DNA of 64,000 bases from Escherichia coli (GTDB lineage: Bacteria; Pseudomonadota; Gammaproteobacteria; Enterobacterales; Enterobacteriaceae), in NCBI RefSeq assembly GCF_003018255.1, contig NZ_CP027440.1; one strand, written 5' to 3'. The position numbers and the translations under genes are program-made. Within the stretch, counting starts at the first letter, position 1. Every line of letters begins with the position of its first letter. The notes beneath the pieces are model-generated. The model was not told the origin of the DNA and did not search any database. It was given only the letters and a program-made list of their open reading frames with translations. Shown piece after piece: positions 1 to 7,311 of this stretch.

Positions 1-512
1 TGTTTAATCTCCTGGCATTCTTCAGGAATACCCCCTTTTATTTCCCTGCCATAAGCGCCTACTTTAAACACCACGCACAGGGCATCACGGGAGAGCGACG
101 GGGTCCACCAGGAGTCCATGTTAAACATGGAGGGGATTCTCATTACCCCCAGCTTTTCACAGAGCCAGACAAGGAAATCAGGACGCTTTCTTAACTCGCG
201 TTCAGCGGCTTCAATCATTGCGGCAATCGCCGGTCCTTCAGGGCATGACTCATCAGGTCTGGCAATAAAGCACGGTCCGTCCCCGATAAAAGCCACATCA
301 TCGCGCTTACGCCAGCCCGCAGGCAGAGCACCAGAAAAATAAAACTCACTGATTACGTCCATGGCAAACGGCTTTAAGCGCAATCCGGCAGCGCCTGTAT
401 TTTTCAGTAATGCCCGAAGAATACTGTTGCGTAGCGGTAAAACAGTCTGTTGATATTTGGTGAAATATTTATTTGTCTGCACACGGTCTAATTTGAAATA
501 AAAATATGCCAT
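1..512 (-). CDS. hypothetical phage early protein, N-terminal ~170 codons only (3' end beyond window)
   Basis: Hand translation: ATG at 512-510 preceded by AAGGAACAGG Shine-Dalgarno; frame stays open to position 1. Not in the ORF track because it has no stop in the window. No family recognised. Confidence 0.45.
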   Translation of the reverse strand, partial: MAYFYFKLDRVQTNKYFTKYQQTVLPLRNSILRALLKNTGAAGLRLKPFAMDVISEFYFSGALPAGWRKRDDVAFIGDGPCFIARPDESCPEGPAIAAMIEAAERELRKRPDFLVWLCEKLGVMRIPSMFNMDSWWTPSLSRDALCVVFKVGAYGREIKGGIPEECQEIK

Positions 513-609
513 ATATCCTGTTCCTTATTTTCAGTTTACAGGCGCAGGCAGTCCCCTGACGCGAGCGCCATACTTAAAACGATGTGATATTTAAAGATTT
601 AATGCGGTG

Positions 610-1140
610 TTATTTATTCAGTCCGGCGTCCTGTTCAAAAGGCTCGACATAAAAACTTTCAGCGCCTTTATTCACCTTAATACCGGCAATGCCTTTCACT
701 GCATCCGGCTCCGCCAGGACCGCTTCCTTGTTCACTTCCTCTTTCGTGCGGATGAATCGCTCAAGCCCCATACGGCGCAGCATTTCAATCACACCTTCCA
801 CATCACGGCTGACGCTGCATGATGGATTTCCCAGCCGCCATGATACTGTTCCGGTGGTCAGATTGGCTGTTTTGGTTTTGCCGCCGTTCGTCAGCTCATC
901 GCGGTTGGTTTTGCACCAGTCCTGAATCCCCTTAAAAAGCACTTTGATTTCTTTTTTAAGGTTTTCAATCTGCGGCGTATAACGGGCGGTGATTTCTGCC
1001 ACTTCATCATTCATCGCCGTTTCCAGCCGCAGCGCCTCTCGCTGAATATCGCCCAGGGTACGGATATCGCGGCTGACTTCTTCGCGGGTCTGCGGTGCAG
1101 CCTCGGCTGCGGCCTTTAATTTTGTAACACGTTTAGCCAT
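610..1140 (-). CDS. gam: Gam-like host-nuclease inhibitor (Mu Gam family)
   Basis: 176 aa ORF; sequence (LETAMNDEVAEIT...NRDELTNGGKTKTANL...FIRTKEEVNKEA) closely parallels Mu Gam as recalled; AAGGA RBS upstream of ATG at 1140. Confidence 0.85.
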   Translation of the reverse strand: MAKRVTKLKAAAEAAPQTREEVSRDIRTLGDIQREALRLETAMNDEVAEITARYTPQIENLKKEIKVLFKGIQDWCKTNRDELTNGGKTKTANLTTGTVSWRLGNPSCSVSRDVEGVIEMLRRMGLERFIRTKEEVNKEAVLAEPDAVKGIAGIKVNKGAESFYVEPFEQDAGLNK

Positions 1141-1151
1141 TTTGTTTTTCC

Positions 1152-1445
1152 TTATTGCAGTGTGCCTGATGCTTTATGCACGCGGTGGCGTTTAATGATG
1201 GCATCCGCCCCAAAAGCCTGTACAGATGCCTGAAATTCCGCTGAGAGAAACTGAATAATTTCAGGACTGTGATACTGGAGAATACTTGCATAAACGTCAC
1301 AGAGTGACGTCGGCCTGTTATTCGTATCACGTTCTGTTTTTACATCCACACCAATCTTTTCATGCACTTCAACACAGTCATTGCCTGCCGGTTTTTCGTC
1401 ATGCGAAACATGCTTAAATTCAAAAATAACGCGTACTTTGCTCAT
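1152..1445 (-). CDS. hypothetical small protein (paralog A of a tandem pair)
   Basis: ORF track 1152..1472; likely start is the internal ATG at 1445 (MSKVRVIFEFKHV...) with AGGGG RBS; shares N-terminal motif and a C-terminal segment with the adjacent ORF. Confidence 0.5.
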   Translation of the reverse strand: MSKVRVIFEFKHVSHDEKPAGNDCVEVHEKIGVDVKTERDTNNRPTSLCDVYASILQYHSPEIIQFLSAEFQASVQAFGADAIIKRHRVHKASGTLQ

Positions 1446-1449
1446 GGAA

Positions 1450-1722
1450 TTACCCCTGCTGATTAAATTCATTACCTTTAATAACCCCGGAACGCATGCT
1501 CATATCTTTCATGAGCGCACTGGCTTTCATTGCCACAAGTTCAGCAAAGTCTCTGCTTTCCGCGAGCATAACCACCCCAAAAATCATGGCGGGTCCATCA
1601 CCTTTCTGCTTTATCCCGGTTGAACGTATGTCCAGACTTACCCCCATGCGCACTGTTCCATCAGCGTTTTTATGGATAACGTGCTCCTTGTATTCGAAAA
1701 TAATGCGTACGACTTTACTCAT
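1450..1722 (-). CDS. hypothetical small protein (paralog B of a tandem pair)
   Basis: 90 aa ORF starting MSKVVRIIFEYKEHV; GAGGA RBS; stop overlaps start of the next gene (4 bp), consistent with translational coupling in the early operon. Confidence 0.5.
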   Translation of the reverse strand: MSKVVRIIFEYKEHVIHKNADGTVRMGVSLDIRSTGIKQKGDGPAMIFGVVMLAESRDFAELVAMKASALMKDMSMRSGVIKGNEFNQQG

Positions 1723-2000
1723 CCTCTGGTCCTCGTTCTGTTTGGATAACTGACCCGGCGTCTGACCTCACGGCAGAACCGAATCATGGCATTAAAGGCT
1801 TCTTCCTCCGTCACCGCTTCCGGTATCCCCGGAACCAGTAACTGCTCCTGTTCATCACGTCCATGACGCGCCATAACCTCAATCACATGCCGTACCGTGG
1901 CAGGCTTTCCGGCAACTATCGGCAATGCACCTTCCGGCAGGACGTAACCAAACTCAATAAGACCACTCGACCACGCCCATGCAATGAGATTTTTTTTCAC
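1719..2000 (-). CDS. hypothetical small early protein (GTG start)
   Basis: 93 aa ORF in the tightly packed minus-strand operon; first codon is GTG; no recognisable family. Confidence 0.4.
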   Translation of the reverse strand: MKKNLIAWAWSSGLIEFGYVLPEGALPIVAGKPATVRHVIEVMARHGRDEQEQLLVPGIPEAVTEEEAFNAMIRFCREVRRRVSYPNRTRTRG

Positions 2001-2001
2001 C

Positions 2002-2256
2002 TCACACCTCCCAGTAAACCGTGCAGCCGCTGATGCGGGTGGCCTTCACACGGCGGCGCAGGCCGTTGGTCTGTATGGTGATTTCAATTTCACCGGTTCC
2101 CTGCACGTTGCCTACCGGCGGCGTGGTTTTCAGTGCAAAACGTTGCGGATAGCGCTTACTGCGTTCCAGTACCGCACCGGCAAGTTCGGTCAGACGGCGC
2201 GCGCTGTTCAGGGAGTCGAATAAATTCATTTTGTTACCGCAGGATTGCATATTCAT
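2002..2256 (-). CDS. hypothetical small early protein
   Basis: ORF track 2002..2268; ATG at 2256 has a GAGGTG RBS so is the preferred start; no recognisable family. Confidence 0.4.
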   Translation of the reverse strand: MNMQSCGNKMNLFDSLNSARRLTELAGAVLERSKRYPQRFALKTTPPVGNVQGTGEIEITIQTNGLRRRVKATRISGCTVYWEV

Positions 2257-2268
2257 ATAACACCTCAT

Positions 2269-2490
2269 TTAGCTGACTTGTTTCGCACCAACAGAACGGC
2301 ATATTCCGCTGTAAACGTCTGTCGCACCTTCGCGATCAAGTCCGGCAGATATCACCATTCGTGTGCGGTCATTAAATTCAAAAAGAAAATCGCCACATTC
2401 TTTATTTTCGGCCAGTGAAATCACCTTCACGTTATCGAAATTAACCAGGTAAAAGCGTCCGTAAATATCAGGAATATTAAATACCGCCAT
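2269..2490 (-). CDS. small early protein in the position of Mu kil (73-75 aa)
   Basis: ORF 2269..2496 immediately after the B homolog with a GTGA/TGA start-stop overlap; ATG at 2490 has an AGGTG RBS. Kil assignment is by position and size only. Confidence 0.4.
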   Translation of the reverse strand: MAVFNIPDIYGRFYLVNFDNVKVISLAENKECGDFLFEFNDRTRMVISAGLDREGATDVYSGICRSVGAKQVS

Positions 2491-2492
2491 AA

Positions 2493-3425
2493 TCACACCT
2501 GTGAGAGTAATTCAGGGTTGGTATAAACCTCTTTAAAGGCCGCATTAATATGTTTTTCTGTCAGCGCCGCGCCTTCACCGCTGGCGGTGAGCCACGCCTG
2601 GTTAAGCGTATGTGTCAGAACGCGTAACGCTCCCGGCTTTTCAGCGATAGCCTGCATGACGGCCAGCTCGGCCTCACCACTGATCCCCCACGCCCTGGCA
2701 ATGGCCAGCACATCCGCCTTTTTGGCCTTGCGAAGTTGTTTTGTACGGGCAAGACGGCTGAACAGGCGCGATAAATCATCAAAGGCGCGGCGTCCACCTT
2801 TAAACAATCCGCGCGGGTTACCAATAAGCACCATCCCGATCCCCGTGGCGTCCTGAATTGCCCGGAGTTGCTCCAGACCGTCAATACCAAGATGATCCGC
2901 CTCATCCACAATCACCAGTCCACGCGTTCCCATCAGGCGACGGCGGATGGCGCGGGATAATGCCCCTTTGTTCGCGCGGGTGTAATCAATCCCCAGCGCA
3001 TCGGCCAGCTCCAGCAGACACTCCGTGACGCTGGAGTGCGCGGGTGACAGGGTGATCATCCAGGTGTTTGGTTGCTCCTGGCAGTAATTACGGGCAGTGG
3101 CCGTTTTACCCACACCCGGTACGCCCACAATAACGTTAATACAGCCCATCAGACGAACCGCCTGAAACAGTGCGCGCAGCTCCTGGACTGTCTGCGTTTC
3201 CACAAACTGCGGCGGTTCCGGCAGTGCGCTTTGTTTATTCCAGTTCTCATACCAGGAACGCAGGGAAGCAGCCACAGCAGCGTTATCGCCTTTATATTTT
3301 CCCTTACGGAAAGCCGATAATGTGCCGTCGGAAATTCCCGCCTCTCTGGCGATGGCATACTGCGTCAGTACGCCGCCATCAATAAGTTCATCAATGGTCT
3401 TGATTACATCGTTAATATCAGTCAT
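2493..3425 (-). CDS. MuB-like transposition ATPase
   Basis: 310 aa; Walker A GVPGVGKT, and extended similarity to Mu B as recalled (PEPPQFVETQTV, LVIVDEADHL, KPGALR). Confidence 0.9.
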   Translation of the reverse strand: MTDINDVIKTIDELIDGGVLTQYAIAREAGISDGTLSAFRKGKYKGDNAAVAASLRSWYENWNKQSALPEPPQFVETQTVQELRALFQAVRLMGCINVIVGVPGVGKTATARNYCQEQPNTWMITLSPAHSSVTECLLELADALGIDYTRANKGALSRAIRRRLMGTRGLVIVDEADHLGIDGLEQLRAIQDATGIGMVLIGNPRGLFKGGRRAFDDLSRLFSRLARTKQLRKAKKADVLAIARAWGISGEAELAVMQAIAEKPGALRVLTHTLNQAWLTASGEGAALTEKHINAAFKEVYTNPELLSQV

Positions 3426-3496
3426 ATTATTAACCTCTCATTTGATACCTTGTTTAATCAAATAACCTGAGTCGCCGCTCGGGTTATTTTTTTATT

Positions 3497-5587
3497 TCAG
3501 GCCAGCGGGTCATTTTCTTTTAATTTCGCTTCCAGCAACTGCAATCCCCGCTGGAAATTACGCTCGTATTCTTCATCAGGTTCATCGTCAGCGACCGGTT
3601 GCTGAACGGTCACCGTATTACCCACAGGGCGGTATATGTTTTCCAGCCAGGGCTCCTGCGGCTTGTGCTCCAGCACGTTGACAACCTCATCCTCGGCATC
3701 ACGGATTTTTTCCTCTGCGCGTTTACGCATGCCTTTAAGGCGTTGCTGCTGTTTGTAGTATTCCGCGCTAACCGGGAAGGCTTCGCGTTTATTACCGTCC
3801 CATACCGCCTCGCAAATCACGCTGCCATCCAGGCGACGTACGGTAATTCGTTCGGCATCATGAATGTCATAGCTGATAAGCACCTTACGACCATGCTCGT
3901 CACGCAGCTCGGGCGCGTAGTAAATATTATTCAGCCAGCGTATTTCACAGCGTCTTACAGGGCGTTCCACCATCGGCCGGAACATATCCCGCAGCTCAAC
4001 ATCGGACAGCCATTCAATTTCCGTGTCCTCTTCCGCCAGGCGTTTTTTTCTGAACTCCGCCGGGCTGTAATGCTTGCCGTTCGGCTTCACCGGTAATTCA
4101 TCGTGCGGCCGGTTGTTGTACCACTCAACACCGTCACGAATGGCATCAATCAGTTCAGACCAGGACGGTAAATCACGCATCGCTGACTGCTGCCGGGCGT
4201 TCAGCCGTTTGCCCTGTTGCAGGGCAGTAAATGCCGAGCGTAAATCGCGGTTGGTTTTGCGTAACGTCTCGCGATCTGCACCTTTCCCGAAATAGGTGCG
4301 GTATTTACGGGCTATGCGCATCGGTAATGTGCGGTTAAGCCGTTCGATAATGCCTCGTCCCTGCGGATTACCGGCAATCCCGGTCGGGTGATTAATCCCC
4401 AGTCGCGGCAGTATCCCCACAACCTCCTTATCCAGGATGTCGGCGGTTTCCCCGGAGCCGTTATCCGAGTAATACAGAAACGGTTTGCCGTGATGGCGAA
4501 TGCCGTGCTGTATGGCACCGGCTACGGCGAAAACATTTTCAGCCAGGTCAAGGCTCCAGCCCACCACAAAGCGCGTGCCACCGTCGATAACAAAGGTCAC
4601 TTCCGGTGCAAATGGCCGACCGTGAACCGGGTGTGCGCATTTCAGCTTCATGCCGTGACCGTCACCAATCCAGACATAATTCACCGGCATTCTGGACCAG
4701 TCGCGGCGCGTGAATCCCTCAAGCTGGCGGTATTCACTGCCGGTCACCCGGCCTTTTTGTTTCACCACTTCCGGCAGTTTCTTCATTGCGCGGCGAATGG
4801 TGTCATAAGACGGCATGATATCGAGCATATAAGGCTCATCAGCGTGCCGGTGCTGCCATTCAGCGACAAAATCCTCGTAAGCCTCGGTCATTGGTCGGCC
4901 GTTTGACTGGCGATACTGCGCCAGAAATTCGGGCAGCCAGTTAATATCTTCAGCTTTTATTTCCTGGCGCTTACCCGGTGCCAGTAAAAGCAGGCGTTCA
5001 GCGGCGTTCTGCGCCTTGTTAAAGGCCGCAATCCAGCGTTTCAGCGTTATTTCACTCAACGCACGGCTGTTTCCCTTTTTGGCGTTCGCCGTCTCAACCA
5101 TTGCCACAATGCGCTCGTCCAGTTGCGAACGTGCCAGGTTGTCAACGATAAACCGGATAGCTTTCGCACAGCTGAAACCGGGTTGTTGCGCGACTTTCAT
5201 CACTTCGCTGACGATCGCAATTCGTGCATCAGCCACCTGGCGCTGGTTTTCAGTCAGGGCATTAAGGCGTTCAACCATCAGTTGTGGTGATCCGCGATAT
5301 GCCTCCACCGCATCAACCACGGCAGGCGAGCGTCTGGCCTTTGTCACCACCGGAGCCGGTGATTCATCAGCTTTTTGCGTCATCAGTTGAAGGGCATAAC
5401 GTTCACGCAATACTTGTTGCGCGCCAGAAGGCAAACAATCGATATTAAATTCGATTGCTTTTGTCCCCTTACGTTTGCGTAACATGGCTGCATTTCCCGC
5501 AGCTGCTTTTGTGAGTCGATGGCGAATGTTATGTTCCATCATTGGTAAATCAGGAAGACCAACACATTCTTTTGCTGTTACCCACAT
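3497..5587 (-). CDS. MuA-like DDE transposase
   Basis: 696 aa; N-terminus MWVTAKECVGLPDLP parallels Mu A MELWVSPKECANLPGLP; candidate catalytic D-D-E residues in WIGDGHG, YYSDNGSGE and GIIERLN; GGGGGA RBS. Confidence 0.9.
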   Translation of the reverse strand: MWVTAKECVGLPDLPMMEHNIRHRLTKAAAGNAAMLRKRKGTKAIEFNIDCLPSGAQQVLRERYALQLMTQKADESPAPVVTKARRSPAVVDAVEAYRGSPQLMVERLNALTENQRQVADARIAIVSEVMKVAQQPGFSCAKAIRFIVDNLARSQLDERIVAMVETANAKKGNSRALSEITLKRWIAAFNKAQNAAERLLLLAPGKRQEIKAEDINWLPEFLAQYRQSNGRPMTEAYEDFVAEWQHRHADEPYMLDIMPSYDTIRRAMKKLPEVVKQKGRVTGSEYRQLEGFTRRDWSRMPVNYVWIGDGHGMKLKCAHPVHGRPFAPEVTFVIDGGTRFVVGWSLDLAENVFAVAGAIQHGIRHHGKPFLYYSDNGSGETADILDKEVVGILPRLGINHPTGIAGNPQGRGIIERLNRTLPMRIARKYRTYFGKGADRETLRKTNRDLRSAFTALQQGKRLNARQQSAMRDLPSWSELIDAIRDGVEWYNNRPHDELPVKPNGKHYSPAEFRKKRLAEEDTEIEWLSDVELRDMFRPMVERPVRRCEIRWLNNIYYAPELRDEHGRKVLISYDIHDAERITVRRLDGSVICEAVWDGNKREAFPVSAEYYKQQQRLKGMRKRAEEKIRDAEDEVVNVLEHKPQEPWLENIYRPVGNTVTVQQPVADDEPDEEYERNFQRGLQLLEAKLKENDPLA

Positions 5588-5597
5588 ACATCCCCCA

Positions 5598-5864
5598 TCA
5601 AGCCACTTCTCTGGCGTCCACCTGGTATCTGCTGGGCCAGATTACAGCAGGTTCAACCCCTATTTTTTCGGCGATGGCGGCTTCGTATTTACGGCACTGG
5701 CGGTAAAACACATTGCGCATTGATCCGCTTTTTAATCCTAACTCCCTTTCCAGTTCAGGGAGGTCTGTGCCTTTGTTTTCAAGGGCTGCATATACCGCTT
5801 TAGCAGACCAGTCACACCCCTCTCGAACAAACAAATTATTCGATGCTTGTCTGGATACCCTCAT
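5598..5864 (-). CDS. Ner-like DNA-binding regulator
   Basis: 88 aa; C-terminal VIWPSRYQ and overall alignment to Mu Ner as recalled; AGAGGA RBS; first gene of the early operon. Confidence 0.8.
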   Translation of the reverse strand: MRVSRQASNNLFVREGCDWSAKAVYAALENKGTDLPELERELGLKSGSMRNVFYRQCRKYEAAIAEKIGVEPAVIWPSRYQVDAREVA

Positions 5865-6020
5865 TGTGTGATCCTCTCATGTTTACCTGAACCGATAATC
5901 AAAACCGGTTATCGATTTAGGTAAATCATAATCGCAAAATAATTCGATATCAACGGTTTTTTGCGAGCATATCGAAATTAAATGCGATGTCGATAATTTC
6001 TTTGTTTTATAGGGGGTTAT
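5865..6020. promoter_or_regulatory. divergent immunity/early control region (operators and promoters between ner and repressor)
   Basis: 156 bp AT-rich intergenic region between divergent genes with at least five copies of a CGATA/TATCG half-site (e.g. CGATAA at 5893 and 5991, TTATCG at 5909) in direct and inverted orientation. Confidence 0.55.
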
Positions 6021-6632
6021 ATGGATAAGGCAGAAAAAACCGTATCCAGTGCGGAACGGTTTATTGATATGGAAGGAATAAACCGATTTTCAGAACGCTT
6101 AGCTATGGCTATGGGAAACATGACAAACGTCGAACTGGCGACCCTTTGTGGACTATCTGAAGCCACAGTAAGAAATTACAGGAAGGGGAAAAACTTCCCT
6201 CCTTTGGATAAACTGGCCTTAATAGCTAAAGCCTGTAATTGTTCACTCGAATGGTTGGCCACAGGCAAGAACGAAGATGAATGCGGAAAAATCGAAAACA
6301 ATTGCGATTCAGGTTCGGGTATTGATCAGGCGCTTAGCTCTCTAAGCCCCCAAGAGAAGCAATTAATCCTTACATTCATCAGGCGAGAAGGTACTAATAA
6401 CCTTGTCAGGCTGGCAGCAATGAATACATCTACAATCAGCCAGGATGCGGTAGAAAGCATCATTGATGCCTTGCCATTACGTCCCGTACTAAAAAATGCA
6501 ATAAAGATAGGAATGGCGGGAAGTGAAGAAACAGACAAAGAGATTTTGCGCGTTATTGAGAAGTACAACTCGAGCAATAACGCCACCCAGGAATCAGGGG
6601 CAGTGACAGTAAAGAAAAATGTTGTTGGTTAA
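6021..6632 (+). CDS. prophage repressor, cI/XRE-type helix-turn-helix
   Basis: 203 aa; N-terminal HTH (ELATLCGLSEATVRNYRKGKNFPPLDKLALIAKACNCSLEWL); transcribed divergently from ner toward the prophage end as in Mu c; AGGGGG RBS. Not similar to Mu c itself. Confidence 0.7.
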   Translation: MDKAEKTVSSAERFIDMEGINRFSERLAMAMGNMTNVELATLCGLSEATVRNYRKGKNFPPLDKLALIAKACNCSLEWLATGKNEDECGKIENNCDSGSGIDQALSSLSPQEKQLILTFIRREGTNNLVRLAAMNTSTISQDAVESIIDALPLRPVLKNAIKIGMAGSEETDKEILRVIEKYNSSNNATQESGAVTVKKNVVG

Positions 6633-6776
6633 GCGCCATCGCTATCATGAGGTGGTGCTGTAAATACATATAGAGATCATATGACTCATCCCAAGATAAT
6701 CACGCTATTGAATAGTAATTCATGATGATTATCATACTGATTATAGTTAGATCGATTATGTGAGCATTTTGGCAGT

Positions 6777-6810
6777 TTGAAGATGTTTTGAAGATGTTTT
6801 GAAGAAGATT
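6777..6810. repeat. tandem direct repeats (TTGAAGATGTT x2 plus a variant) in attL, candidate internal transposase-binding sites
   Basis: Seen directly: TTGAAGATGTT TTGAAGATGTT TTGAAGAAGATT about 100-135 bp from the inferred end, similar spacing to Mu L2/L3. Confidence 0.45.
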
Positions 6811-6890
6811 TTAAGGGTAAATTAGCAGTATCAAATGTGTCGCCGTTTTTTGATCTTTTGACTATTTGTTGAGCAGTCGGTATCAAAAAG

Positions 6891-6912
6891 AGTTTTCCGT
6901 CCGAAGTATACA
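6891..6912. repeat. terminal transposase-binding site and prophage left end
   Basis: Reverse complement TGTATACTTCGGACGGAAAACT resembles the Mu terminal site (TGTAT...ACGAAAA) and ends in the TG/CA dinucleotide. Confidence 0.5.
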
Positions 6913-6981
6913 TCACCTGTTTTATTTCAGCATCTTACAGGTGATTTCACCTCCTTTCACTAAAACCCTTGTCGGTATCAA

Positions 6982-7311
6982 ATGATTCACCTGGTTACAA
7001 ACGATGGATTGATTGATAACCTGCCACAAGGATGTTGCGTGGAAGTAGCCTGTCTGGTTGATGCTAATGGCATTCAGCCGACCAAAGTCGGTACGTTACC
7101 TTCGCATCTGGCCGCCCTGATGCAAACCAACATCAACGTACAGACGCTGCTGACCGAAGCCATTCTTACGGAAAATCGCGACCGTGTTTACCACGCTGCG
7201 ATGATGGACCCGCATACTGCCGCCGTGCTGGGCATTGATGAAATATATGCTCTTGTTGACGACCTGATTGCCGCCCACGGCGACTGGCTGCCAGGCTGGT
7301 TGCACCGTTAA
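6982..7311 (+). pseudogene. melA: melA 3' fragment (alpha-galactosidase, glycoside hydrolase family 4 C-terminus)
   Basis: 109 aa ORF with GH4 C-terminal motifs (NDGLIDNLP...VEVACLVD...MMDPHTAA); in-frame stop 7 codons upstream at 6961, so the 5' part of the gene is absent. Confidence 0.6.

Larger units (their letters stand above)
1..6912 (-). mobile_element. Mu-like transposable prophage, left (repressor-proximal) arm; remainder lies beyond the window start
   Basis: Contiguous c-like repressor, ner-like, MuA-like transposase, MuB-like ATPase, small early genes and gam homolog in Mu early-region order; reverse complement of 6891-6912 reads TGTATACTTCGGACGGAAAACT, resembling the Mu left-end TGTAT...CGAAAA terminal site. 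Exact end position is an inference. Confidence 0.8.

Noticed and set aside
118-342. 74-aa plus-strand ORF at the window start
   Set aside because: It lies antisense to the better-supported minus-strand early gene (1-512), which has an RBS and fits the operon direction.
6686-6916. 76-aa minus-strand ORF spanning the prophage attL region
   Set aside because: It overlaps the terminal transposase-binding repeats, has no RBS and an AT-rich composition; the region is better explained as the non-coding attL end.
6913-6946. Hairpin TCACCTGT / ACAGGTGA immediately outside the prophage end as a possible attachment core or terminator
   Set aside because: Mu-type transposition needs no specific attachment sequence and the loop is long (16 nt) with no T-run; kept only as a possible junction scar under the melA finding.
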